DNA of 61,974 bases, filler included, from Dirinaria sp. TL-2023a (Eukaryota), in the NCBI GenBank assembly GCA_051941275.1. It is 16 parts of 16 records of this genome, joined end to end, with 100 filler letters (N's around TTAATTAATTAA, not from the genome) between each part and the next. Parts side by side here need not be neighbours in the genome. Positions count along the whole stretch, not along the records: positions 11,768 to 15,573 come from JAVEBF010001962.1; positions 15,674 to 19,473 come from JAVEBF010001963.1; positions 19,574 to 23,368 come from JAVEBF010001964.1; 13 more parts are not named here. The stretch is one strand, 5' to 3'. Under the pieces are notes generated by a model. It had not been told where the DNA came from and did not search any database. It saw nothing but the letters and a program-made list of their open reading frames with translations. Within the stretch, counting starts at the first letter, position 1. Every line of letters starts with the position of its first letter. This document shows positions 11,668 through 22,713 of the stretch, piece after piece. The translations under genes were made by a program, and so were the position numbers.

Positions 11668-12391
11668 NNNNNNNNNNNNNNNNNNNNNNNNNNNNNNNNN
11701 NNNNNNNNNNNTTAATTAATTAANNNNNNNNNNNNNNNNNNNNNNNNNNNNNNNNNNNNNNNNNNNNCCCCTTCCCGGTGCCCCCTCTCACCTCTGTGCC
11801 TTTCCTGTGCACTGATGATCAAGCACTTGCGACGCCAATGATCGGCTTTTTAATCATACACGTGTACGAGGCATCGAGGCACTGTGCCATTCTGTCTGGG
11901 AGGAAGCACCAATAAAACGGGTGGGCTGTGACTGTGAGCGGAATCATCACGGAGCTGGTGGGAGCATCAGTTCCATTATTCTCACCCAGACCTCGATTTC
12001 CTTGGCTGCTTCATGCCGTGTGCACGGTGCAACTGCAGGCTTCGTCCTTCGTGTTGAAGTGCCTGCATCGTTCGTGCAGATCGCTGGAATATGCGCTTTG
12101 GCGCTCCAATTCCGGCCAAGTCACGTGAAGACGACTGGCCTGGCGAGACTGGGAGCTCCAGTCTTAGCAGTCCTAGCCTTTACCCGAAATGAGCGACCAC
12201 CACCTCACCATGGAGGTAATATAATATCATCACCTTGAGGTCCTGTCGTTGGATGCGAAATGGGATAAGGTACACTGGTCTCATCATAATAAAATTAACT
12301 GTAACAGCATGCTGCAAAGTAAACCTACTGAGCCTTGTTCTACAGAGGCTGTTCATAATCATCAAGCCTGGTGTATCGTGATCGTCTTGTC

Positions 12392-14674
12392 TCATCCATC
12401 AAGTAGCCCTTTCGACGCTTTCTCGCCGCATCTGACTACTTCGCCAACCGCACGCACCAGACTCTCGTCCTTCTTACCGAGCCTTCTCCCCTCGATTTCT
12501 CCCAACAGTCCTCGGACCAGAAGCCGTAGGTTGACTTGTAGGTCCTCGCTTCTCTCTTTCAGCTTCCTTGCCTCTTTCCTATACACCGCCACTGGGTCAT
12601 GGTCTGGAGACGCGGGGCGCAAGCACGAGCTGCCCGCTGTCGAGGTCCGGCCGGGTGTAACAATGCCCAGGGTAGCCAAGGCTTTCGCAGGGATCGAAGA
12701 GACCGACCGAAGAGATGAAGTCGGTGACGGCGTAGATGGGTGTTTGCTGATGGGAGTGGGGCTTGCAAAGCGGCAGGAGGAGATGTAGTTGAGTGCAATG
12801 TATGTAGCCTGGAGAGAATCGAGTAATGCCGCCGGAGCCTGTGGAAAGATGATTCGTAGTGCTGTCGAGGTAGCGTTGTCTCTAGCAGCGGGAAAGCAGG
12901 GCGGAGGACACATTGCGGAAGGCTGAGAGGGATTGACTCTCGAATCCACAGTATTGCCACGATACTGAACACCGCGGTACGTGGGTGCCGACTGCGGTGT
13001 TAGCGAGTGGCTCGAGAGAGGCCTCAACATGGAATAACGGCTATGTGGAGCTGATACCAACGGTGTACGACAAAGAGCCTGTGCAGAGCTTGCACTTGCT
13101 TCATCCAACACGCATATACTTTGGATAATTGGCGAATCGAGGTACAATCTCGCTGTAGGATAATTGTTCAGAGCGGCTTCTAGCTGGCCAACAACGCGTT
13201 CAATCCGATCACTGCTGTCATTGAAGGGGGGTCCCAAGAGGGCTGCTTCGCACGTTCCAGAAGCTGGCGAGACAGGTAGTGCCCGGCGGACAGTGCTCTG
13301 GGCTCGTGGAGTCGAGATCCGCGAAGTCGGCGGTGTATATGGGTAGTCTTGAAGCCTGTCGTGGAGCAATGATTTTTTGTGTGACTGGGCCTTCTCTGCA
13401 GATAAACCCAACCCAACGGATTCCTGAAGGGTGTTTGGCGGCGTTCCATGTTTCCAGCCTGAGTCGAGCTGGCTCTGGTGCTCAGCCGATAGCGGTTTCG
13501 GGGGTGTTACTACCGAATCACGACGCGATATGTTGATCACTTTAGGCTTTGTAGGACTTTGAGTCACAGTCGTGAGATGCTGCTTCCTTGTCAGCAATGG
13601 TTTCCTCCAGGGCCAGAGTCCGCATACGGCTTCTTCGATCTTTTCTTCGCTCCTTGTAGCATCTATCCACAACCTGGGTTTGCTAGGGACTTCTTCATTC
13701 CCATCGCCAGTTCCATCGGACTTACAAGAGCCCACGTGCTGAGTACTCTCCACGGGGTTTTCAACCCAAGGTCTTCTTTTCATGTAGAATGAGCCTGCAC
13801 TACGTCTAAGGCCTTTGGTTCTGGTAATCATGGACCGAGGGTTGGGAAAGATGTTGCTTGCTTTGGCATCCCGTTGGTTGCCAGAGCACAGCTGTGATCG
13901 AAGCCCTTCTCCCAATGATACTGACCGACGCCTGTTCGAATTCTTCATTCGAGGTTGGGCATATGGGAACTGCCGCTCTGTCATACTCTCGTTGTCTTCC
14001 TGGTTGAAAACCTCCTTTGGTGGAAAATCGCACCGATTGCAGTCCGAGATCTTCATCAGAGGCTGCGATGCCGGCCCATCCTGGGAACACAAAGAGTAGG
14101 AACTTTCCAATGTCGAATCGCTAGCATCGCTCGTTGCGGTTTGTGGAGTGAAAGTGATTGGCGATAGTAAGGGCTTCTTAGTGTACAATTGCGTGGTTGT
14201 CGGTCGCTCCTTTACAGAGCCATGGGAAATTTGCGCACCATTAGCTTTTACTTGATTCGATCCATTGAAGAGTACTTTGTGCAAGTTGGCCGATATACGC
14301 CGTGCCTCTGTTTCCTGATCACTATGAAGATTCTTTAGATGATAAGAGAGACCTTTCTCGCTTCTCAACGAAGCCTTTCCCGCGGACCAAGGCCTCGGAA
14401 AGGAGCTTGAGAAGCGAGCATCTTCTTCACGTTTAGGGTATTTCTGCGAGATGTCCGATTTAGGTGGGCTGAGCGGCTTTTGAAGGCCGTCGTAACAAAA
14501 GGAGGGCGCGTCTTGATCGTGATCATATGCGTAACACTCAGCAATGGGAGAAGAATACTTGTGCTTCATGGCGCCATCTTGATGAGATGTAAATGGCATA
14601 GACGTGCTACTGACGGAAGGAGTAGAACAATCCAGGAACGACTGGCCATAAATGCCACCGTGCGCTAGCGCCAT
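12392..14674 (-). CDS. Hypothetical protein, 760 aa, mostly Ser/Pro-rich with a helical C-terminal region
   Basis: Uninterrupted 2.28-kb ORF from ATG. The C-terminal blocks LRIIFPQAPAALLDSLQATYIALNYI and LVRAVGEVVRCGE look ordered. No family recognised. Confidence 0.75.
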   Translation of the reverse strand: MALAHGGIYGQSFLDCSTPSVSSTSMPFTSHQDGAMKHKYSSPIAECYAYDHDQDAPSFCYDGLQKPLSPPKSDISQKYPKREEDARFSSSFPRPWSAGKASLRSEKGLSYHLKNLHSDQETEARRISANLHKVLFNGSNQVKANGAQISHGSVKERPTTTQLYTKKPLLSPITFTPQTATSDASDSTLESSYSLCSQDGPASQPLMKISDCNRCDFPPKEVFNQEDNESMTERQFPYAQPRMKNSNRRRSVSLGEGLRSQLCSGNQRDAKASNIFPNPRSMITRTKGLRRSAGSFYMKRRPWVENPVESTQHVGSCKSDGTGDGNEEVPSKPRLWIDATRSEEKIEEAVCGLWPWRKPLLTRKQHLTTVTQSPTKPKVINISRRDSVVTPPKPLSAEHQSQLDSGWKHGTPPNTLQESVGLGLSAEKAQSHKKSLLHDRLQDYPYTPPTSRISTPRAQSTVRRALPVSPASGTCEAALLGPPFNDSSDRIERVVGQLEAALNNYPTARLYLDSPIIQSICVLDEASASSAQALCRTPLVSAPHSRYSMLRPLSSHSLTPQSAPTYRGVQYRGNTVDSRVNPSQPSAMCPPPCFPAARDNATSTALRIIFPQAPAALLDSLQATYIALNYISSCRFASPTPISKHPSTPSPTSSLRSVSSIPAKALATLGIVTPGRTSTAGSSCLRPASPDHDPVAVYRKEARKLKERSEDLQVNLRLLVRGLLGEIEGRRLGKKDESLVRAVGEVVRCGEKASKGLLDG

Positions 14675-16074
14675 CTCGAGCTGTTTAGTTTAGAAGGAGA
14701 AAGAGATATGAGGGTAGAGAGAAAGAGAGAGTTGTCTTATTTGTCTTGGGAGCCGCCCCTTGAAGGGCACAATTAAAACATATTGACCTAGTAGAAGCAT
14801 TCCACAAGCACATGAGCTGCAGGTCACCCGTGCGGGGCCGTTACCTCACCACGAGGAGACAGTTGGAAGATAGTTCATGCAAGGTAGCATTTAAAGTAAA
14901 AAGGGAGGCTCGCGATACCACGCAGGAGAAAAACGACGTAGAGTCCCTTGCAGTGTCGAAGTGCAAGGCAGGAAGAAAGGCATTGTGTTTTCAGGAGCGC
15001 TGGCTGGAGGTACTCCACTGTTGCGACAGCAGGTCCAGAAGTCATCGCCATCAGAGCATAATTATTCAGCTCATGGCGATCTTGGTGCATACTCATAATA
15101 CAAACAGTAGATGCTCCAGGAAGGGCCCAAAGGACTAGCCAATTTTGTTCCACAAGTTTTTAGGCCGCACGAGTACGTCTTGTAGACTTGTTGGATGATT
15201 GCCTTACAGTATTGTCATTAAATGTTATTGAGATTCGACCTCAATGAGGGTCCAGTCTATACGCATTCATCCTGGCCAATGACTTGATGACTGTAGTAGC
15301 GATTGGTTGCAAGAACAAGATGTCGAAGGAGTGTGAAAGCTACTTTAAGGGTGCCAAAGGAGTTTCCAAAATGCTTTGGAGACTGGCGTGACCATTGAAT
15401 CCATGTCGAGCGCCTCTCTTAAGTCAAAGAAAGATATTACTGATGGTCAAAATTAAGAAAGGGAAGATGCTCAGGATTGGAAGGCACCACTGAGTGTCTG
15501 TGTGTGAGGGAAGGAGCCGAGAGGGATAAGAACTACTCTTGGCACGCTTACCTTAAAGAGCCATCCTCCCACCNNNNNNNNNNNNNNNNNNNNNNNNNNN
15601 NNNNNNNNNNNNNNNNNTTAATTAATTAANNNNNNNNNNNNNNNNNNNNNNNNNNNNNNNNNNNNNNNNNNNNGTGGTACGCCTGCCAAAACCGTTGAAA
15701 GCATTGGTAGATGGGTTGCGAGGCTGAAACCTGAAACGTTCGCCACCTGAAGGACTCGGCATGCCCCAATCACCAAGGAGCCGTGAAGATCAGGCGCCCT
15801 TCAGCATTAAGGCATTTGATTTGCCATCTCCTCCATTTGAAAGTAAATTAATCCCAGAGCCTTGATTGCGTGTGACCCCTCCTCCTTCTCTTCATGCCTC
15901 CCTTTTTTCCCTCCTAGACGAAAAGTCTAGTAGTCTGAATTCCGATTTCTATTACTCGCTTTCCTCCTTTCGGTGACAGGCCAGGTAGAGGAGAAGTGCT
16001 TTCATCTTTGAGTCTCCAACAATCTAATTCGCTAGCGTGACCCTCTACGTCAAATCCCTCACAGTCAGCGGATC

Positions 16075-17092
16075 ATGTCTTCTCAAACACCAACGATCGT
16101 CAACAGTACGTGCTATTCTGCGGATGGGACAATCTCCCAAGACATCCCTTGCGGCTTCTCTTCCATCAATACCTGCTGTGGCTCGGGCTGGGACTGCCTC
16201 GATAACGGTCTCTGCCGTCAGCATGGCACAACTTCTTTCGCCCAAGGCTCGTGCACAGACCCGAACTACGAGAGCTGTCTATCGTTCTGCGACAAGAGTA
16301 AGAAACCTCTAGCAAACAAAAGAAATCGAGATATTAGAGTCTTGGAACTGACTCGTTTGGACTACAGCTGAGTTCTCCGGCCAGACCGAGGTCAGCCGCT
16401 GTGGAACCAACAGCTGGTGTTGTGCCGGAGAACAAGGGAGGCTCGCTGGTGGGAGTGATTGCTGTAACACTAATGGAACTACATCCCTTGAACCATTCCC
16501 ATTCTCCACCATCGTTGCCTCACTAGTGGGGTCGACGTCGGTTTCGATTCAAACGTCCAGTGTTTCCGCGACTTCACCGTCGGCCTCAGCTTCCGCTTCA
16601 GTCCAAAAGACTGGCTCTTCCACCACCCCCAACGCACTGCCAGCTTCTTCAAAGTCCTCCAGCAGCGGGAAACAGACTGCCACACCAGCACGGTCCACTA
16701 CGCAATCCAATGCCCTTGAGCGCGCTTCTAGCGCAACACCCTCGCTAAATACCGCCTCACACGACAACGGACTGAGCACAGGTGCTAAAATCGGCATCGG
16801 TATAGCTGTACCCATCAGTGTGGTTGTACTAGCAGCTCTTGCATTCTTTATATACAAATTCGTTAAGCAAGGGAGGTATCTATCAGACCTCCAACAGAAA
16901 AACAGGAGCAATATGGAAGACCATCGTCGAGACATGTCTCTAGGCCCCACGGGAGGGGCCCATGTCTTTGCTGAAATGGGAGGTGACGGACGGCACGAGA
17001 TTTCCGATGTCTCTGATATCAGACATGAGCTGTCCGGCAGGCCGAGGCATGAGTTACCCGGAAGACTGTTAAATGAGCTGGGTCCGACTTGA
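16075..17092 (+). CDS. Single-pass membrane protein: Cys-rich N-terminal domain, Ser/Thr stalk, TM helix, short tail (Mid2-like layout)
   Basis: Exons 16075-16297 and 16368-17092 (GTAAGA..CTGAC..CAG) join in frame. Motifs CY..DG...DIPC..CCGSGWDCLDNGLC..GSCTD..WCC..DCC, TM LSTGAKIGIGIAVPISVVVLAALAFFIY, and repeated HE(L/I) motifs in the tail. Confidence 0.88.
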
Positions 17093-18051
17093 GCGCCGAA
17101 CTACTCTGGGGCTGGAAGACACAAACCCTGCCGTTTCCTTCTGGCTTGCGACTTTCGACTGCTGTAGACTTTTCGATGCCGAAGCGAGAGAGTGGTAGAG
17201 ATCGCACAAGGAAGAGTCCCGAAGGTCCTTCATTTCTTCAAATGGAAAATGCCCTGTCGCAACGCTTCGATCTCTTCTTTTGATCCAGAGACTTTTCGTT
17301 CACCACCAATTTTGCTAACGCAGGCCGAAACATTGCTCTTGAGTTCTCTCAGTCGTCCTCCCTCGGAGTACGGCGACGTCCAGGACATTCGAATTAGAGT
17401 GTGCATGATCGGGCGGTAATAAGTCGCATGCCAAGGCTCTAAAGTACTTCTCTCCTATGGGAAACGCCTACTCTACGGAGCAGGTAAGCAACTTGGCCTG
17501 CTTCTTACTCCCCGGCCATCCACCGGTCCTTGTGAAACTGTAGTCCACGCCGTTTATACTAAATATCGTCGATTGATTCTCCTACGCTACAAAGCCTACA
17601 GGCATGTTTATTGTATTACTGATAAGGCCACTGCAGCTGCATAAGGTGGCAGGCACTAATGCAACAGCTCGATATCACAGATCCCTGACGATTACTCAAC
17701 AGCCCGGCCCGGCCCACCGTCTGCTTACCTGGCGCCAATCGTTCATGGCGACTCTCCTTCGCCTTTCCCGCGCCTGAGGTCCAGAGCTCTATGCGGGACA
17801 GCTTACTAATATAGTGATCACTCTTCATGTGAAGCAAACTAGTTGTAGGCTCTAGCAATTTAAGGTCGAGGCTACTTCAGCACTCTATACCATAACAGGA
17901 TGAGAAGCTCAGCGGGGTCATCGGTACTAGCACGGACCTAAGAAGGGGCCTGAGGATATAAAGAGCCTCAATTCAGCACCTTCCGAGAGCAACCGTTACC
18001 AAAAGGCATCTTCTCAAGCTTCGACCAAGGCAGAAACTTAGCATCATCGCC

Positions 18052-19422
18052 ATGGCACAGAACCTACCGAAGACTTTCAAGGCGGCGATATTCAAGAAAG
18101 CCAATGCACCTCTCACATTCGAGGATGTTGAGCTGAAATTGCCAACGTATGGCCAAGTCCTGGTGAAAATGCTTGCCGCGGGAGTCTGCCACTCGGATGC
18201 CGGGGTTCAAGCTGGAGCGCTGGGTGACGTTTTGTGAGGCCACCTACCCCACGTTGGTCAAGCTCACGGGCCTGATATTTATCGTCAAAGCCCTCGCATT
18301 CCAGGTCACGAGATCGTCGGTGATGTCGTAGCAGGGCCGCCCACGGAGAAGAAATGGAAAGTCGGTGACCGCGTTGGCGGGACTTGGCACGGCGGTCACG
18401 ACGGCGTATGTAAAGCTTGCAATCGCGGTCTCCACCAGATGTGCGAGAATGAAGCCATCAACGGTGTTACGAAGGATGGTGGCTGTATGCATTTGCCCCT
18501 TTCAAACGTTTCTTGCTGCCAAGTTTCAATACCGATATCGGTCCTCGTATTGTATTGACGTTTGAGATGAAAAGACGCAGAATACACCTTGCTTCGCACC
18601 GAAGCCGTCATCTCGGTCCCTTTGGACATTGATCCAGCCGAGTGCGCTCCGCTGCTCTGCGCCGGCGTGACCGTTTTCAACGGCATGCGCAGGCAAGGGA
18701 TCTACCCCGGTTCGATCGTGGCGGTCCAAGGCCTCGGCGGACTCGGGCACCTGGCGGTGCAGTTCGCCGCCAAAATGGGGTACCGGGTCGTTGCCCTGTC
18801 AAGTAGCGGAAGCAAAGAGAAATTCGCCAAAGACCTCGGAGCGCACGACTACCTTGACGGGAGTAAAGTAGACCAGGCAGCGGAATTGACCAAGATGGGC
18901 GGCGCAAGTATGGTGGTGGCGACGGCGCCGAATATGGATATCGTGAAGGGCTTGGCGGCAGGTTTGGAGATCGGAGGCAAGATCTTGTTGCTGGCTCGTG
19001 AGTCGCTCGCCCTTCTCATTTCTCCCTCTTTTTTTGGGTTTCCTCGTTTCAAGCCCTCGGTTGCGTATGAAGACGCCAGTCCGGCCTTTTTCTCCACCAT
19101 CCACTTCAAACAATCGGGGAGCCGAATTTCATAATTCCTCAATTTTACCGTCCCAGAGCACCGAAACAACCACAAACAACTAACAATCCCCCTTCTAGTG
19201 GCGGGCGACGTCTCGGCCCCGACGCCGCTGCTCATAACCCGCGGCCTCTCCATCCAAGGCTGGCCGGCGGGCAACGCGCTCGACTGCGAAGAGACCATCG
19301 CGTTCGCCGACCTCCAGGGGGTCAAGTGCTTGGTGGAGAAGTTCCCGTTCGAGAAAGCCCAGGAGGCGTTCGAGCATATGTTGAGCGGGAAGGCGAGGTT
19401 CAGGAGCGTTATTACTTTCTAG
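18052..19422 (+). CDS. Zinc-dependent alcohol dehydrogenase (MDR superfamily)
   Basis: Four exons with GVCHSD, PGHEIVG, GHDGVCKAC...MC, APLLCAGVTVFNG, GLGGLGHLA and C-terminal MLSGKARFRSVI. TATA-like GATATAAAG near 17956. Confidence 0.95.
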
Positions 19423-20224
19423 AGATGTTGTGATGCGTTTCGAGGTGGGGGTGAGGGGGATGTGTGGGTAAGGNNNNNNNNNNNNNNNNNNNNNNNNNNN
19501 NNNNNNNNNNNNNNNNNTTAATTAATTAANNNNNNNNNNNNNNNNNNNNNNNNNNNNNNNNNNNNNNNNNNNNCATTTATAGATATCTCTATCAACCCCC
19601 CTTCCTCCGCTTGCCCTTACACCTGAATCTAAATCTAAATCTAAACCCCCCCTCCATACCTTAATATCGTAATATATATATCGATCTTACTTTCATCTTC
19701 ACCTCCCCCCTTTGCCCCTTCGCTTCCAACTCTTTTAAAAATAAACAAAAAAAAAAAGGCTCTCATCTCTCATCTCTATTGTCTATTAGCATTGTTGTAC
19801 ATGCACATGCATGTTGGAATTTATATCTATATGAATCGATCGATGAAACAATGAAACAATGAAATAAGAGAGGAAGAGGAGGTAGAAGAGGAAGTGTGGA
19901 AAAACCTAAAAGCAAGGCAAGGCGTCGGCCGTAGGGAGGGGAAAAAAATTTTTTTTTATCTTGTGGATGGATGGAAGCGGATTTATTTCGAGGGATATGG
20001 GACGTAAAAGAGGATTGAGAGGGGAAAATGGGGAACCAAGGCCTTTTCTATGATATCCTATATCAATTCTTGGAAAAGGAAGGAATGATATAAAAAGAAG
20101 GCGAAGAAAGTATTCGATTCCGCGAATTGATTATCTGAAGTACTTTATACACCCGATGCTTGATGAAGGCTCGCGAGATACGACTCGCAAAACTAGCACA
20201 CATGCTCCTCAAAAAATTTTAAGA

Positions 20225-20857
20225 TTAATCCCTCATCAAATGCCCTTCACCCACAACCCCTCCCTCCTCCACCGTAACCTCAAAATCAAACTCCCGCTCC
20301 ACCTCGACACACATGACATAATTCCCCACCCACAGCTCCTTCAGCATGCGCCACGTCATCTGCTCCCGGGGCACCAGCACGAGTTTATAGCCCGCGACCC
20401 GATCGCGGCAGGTCCACGAGCGGAGCTGCGTGCCCAGCGGGGTGTTGCTGCGGTATGCGTTGCGGCGCGCTAGGAGCCACGGCTTCTCGATGCAGCGCAG
20501 GCATGTGTCGGCGGCGATGGAGCCGTGGTAGTCGTAGAATTCTGTGGTGGTGAAGTAGCCGTCTAGGTGGTAGGAGTATGGGTCTGGCCATCTAGAATAG
20601 GGGGCGTTAGGTTAGTGAGTTCTTTTTTTGGGTTCGTGGGGTTGTGGTAGTCGAGAGGAGTGGGGAACTAACTCGCTTGGTGCTGGTCTGACGAGGGGTG
20701 CGCTGTTTATAGAGGTCTGGTTGGTTGTGGTTGATTGATTGAACGCGTTGGGAAGGAGTTGCGGTGATGCTTGGATGGCGAGTGCCGCTGTGTAAGCGGT
20801 AAGAATGGTGATGGTGAGAAGGATTGCGTTTGACTGGCGATTGGTTGTGCCGAGCAT
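20225..20857 (-). CDS. Small putative secreted protein (about 183 aa), unknown family
   Basis: Exon 1 20857-20673 has a hydrophobic signal. Intron 20672-20592 is GTTAGT..CTAAC..TAG. Exon 2 20591-20225 is open for 122 GC3-rich codons (WPDPYSYHLDGYFTTTEFYDY...LVPREQMTWRML...EFDFEVTVEEGGVVGEGHLMRD*). Confidence 0.8.
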
Positions 20858-21255
20858 GTTCTTGTTGTAGGGAACGACGGGAACATTATGATGGAGAATG
20901 AGAGGAGATGGTACCTTTCCATCAATCACGTTTATTGAATGGCCATCGCATGTTCTGTAGCCGCTTCGGTGACTGGATGAGTATGCTCGCGGCAGCGGCG
21001 CAAAGAGTAAGATGCATTGCCGAGTTGAACACATGCAATGCTGACATTCTAGCCGACGGCTTTTCAGTAATACAGACGAAAGACTGAAAATAGAAGCATC
21101 CAATAGCGATGCTCAAAGATGGATTGCGCGCTGTTATACAATGCCTTGCTGGACCTTACCTCCGTTCATCGCGTGTGCGCTTTAATGGTCGTGGTATCAG
21201 AGATCTTCGTCCTTCATCAGCCCGTAAATGCCAGCTCACAGATGGAAAAAAGAAA

Positions 21256-22713
21256 TCACAACATGGGCATCAGTTTCGCCTCGCTTTCTAAACCCTCCCT
21301 CCTGGTCTCTCGTGCCTGCCTCATCTTCTCCAAAACTTCTTCATCGCTCAAAGGAGCCAGTCCTTCGACGTTCATCGCCTCCTCCTTTCCTGTCCTTACT
21401 TCATACCAAGTTCCCTTCGTCGTCACGTAACTGTCGCCGTTCCCAGTAACTCGCTTAGAAAACTCGGCCCATCTTTCGTAGAATTTCTTGCTAGTTGCCA
21501 ACCCACACCACTCAAGCACCATCGCAAAGCAATGTGGCATTGCCTCCCACATATCGAACTGTACCTGAACTCCCTGTTTTGCCATTTTCGCAGCAAGAAC
21601 CTTGCATTCGTCCACTAGCATCTCTTCGCCCACGCCCATCCATACTGGGCACGCGCCCTTCCAGTCTCTTGCCGCAACAGGAGACGTAAGAGGATGGCAT
21701 AACATGCTGGTCTCGCAGTAGATATCACCGCGCGGTGGAGATGTAGGCCAAACACTGTCTTTCGGATAGCGAGCAATGGCGTTGGGGGTGATTGGAGGTG
21801 GGAGGTAATCGTACTGCATATTGGCCTCTATTGAAGGTAGACTGCGCGTAAGATCTGCCCATGGAGAAGATAGAGTGACACCAGCCGGCATTGGAAGCGG
21901 TAAGCGGACGGTGGTATCGTGGAATTTGAAAGACTGAGACGAAGAGGAGCGGTTTATCTGGAGGAGGAGTTGCAGAAGGCCGAGAGAGATGCCCCCGCCA
22001 GCCGAGTCACCTGCAATAACGATCTTAGAGGCTGGGACCGGTGCGTGAATAGAGCCAGGCGGTGGATAGATAAGGGAGACATATGCGACTAGAGCGTCAA
22101 GAAGCTGAGCTGGAAAGGCCGCTTGGGGTGCGAGGCGATAGCGGACAGACAGACATCTTCCACCTGTCATTCGAGCAAGCCTCGTGGTGAGTGCGCGGTG
22201 CGAAGATGGGTCGCACATGAAGTATGCCCCGCCATGAAAATACAGGAACGTCACGTCGGAGGTAGTGTCCGACATGAGCTTCGCATAATGCTGGGCCTCT
22301 GAGAGATCAGGCCGAGGCTGCTCAGCGTGTGCGTTGGGACGGTAGCCTGTCCATTCCGCTTCCACGGGCGATATTGATGGTATCTCGTAGTGCTCATTGG
22401 CTTCTTTGAGAGCGTCCACAGCCGAGGTCAGGAGAGCGAGCAGCTCTTGCGCTTCTGGCGGAGGTGGGAAAGCGACTTTGGAGATCCACGTTGGCCCTTT
22501 GATGCTTGGATCTCGGAGGCTAAAACGCTGCTGTTTAGATATGGGAGTCGGTTTCGAAGAGGCCAAGAGGGCGCGCAAGAATCCGACTGTGAGTTCGGTT
22601 TTCAAGGTCCATTTCGAGGATGTGGGTGATAGCCACAGGGAATGGTAGATAGTGGACTTGAGGAAGAGGGGGACTTTGGGCAGGAAAAGTCGAAGGACTG
22701 TCTGTAGGTCCAT
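21256..22713 (-). CDS. Alpha/beta hydrolase, hormone-sensitive-lipase (GDxG) family esterase/acetyl hydrolase
   Basis: Intronless 485-aa ORF with LYFHGGAY, YRLAPQ..FPA, AGDSAGG nucleophile elbow, SPWADLT and EAMPHCF. Confidence 0.95.
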   Translation of the reverse strand: MDLQTVLRLFLPKVPLFLKSTIYHSLWLSPTSSKWTLKTELTVGFLRALLASSKPTPISKQQRFSLRDPSIKGPTWISKVAFPPPPEAQELLALLTSAVDALKEANEHYEIPSISPVEAEWTGYRPNAHAEQPRPDLSEAQHYAKLMSDTTSDVTFLYFHGGAYFMCDPSSHRALTTRLARMTGGRCLSVRYRLAPQAAFPAQLLDALVAYVSLIYPPPGSIHAPVPASKIVIAGDSAGGGISLGLLQLLLQINRSSSSQSFKFHDTTVRLPLPMPAGVTLSSPWADLTRSLPSIEANMQYDYLPPPITPNAIARYPKDSVWPTSPPRGDIYCETSMLCHPLTSPVAARDWKGACPVWMGVGEEMLVDECKVLAAKMAKQGVQVQFDMWEAMPHCFAMVLEWCGLATSKKFYERWAEFSKRVTGNGDSYVTTKGTWYEVRTGKEEAMNVEGLAPLSDEEVLEKMRQARETRREGLESEAKLMPML

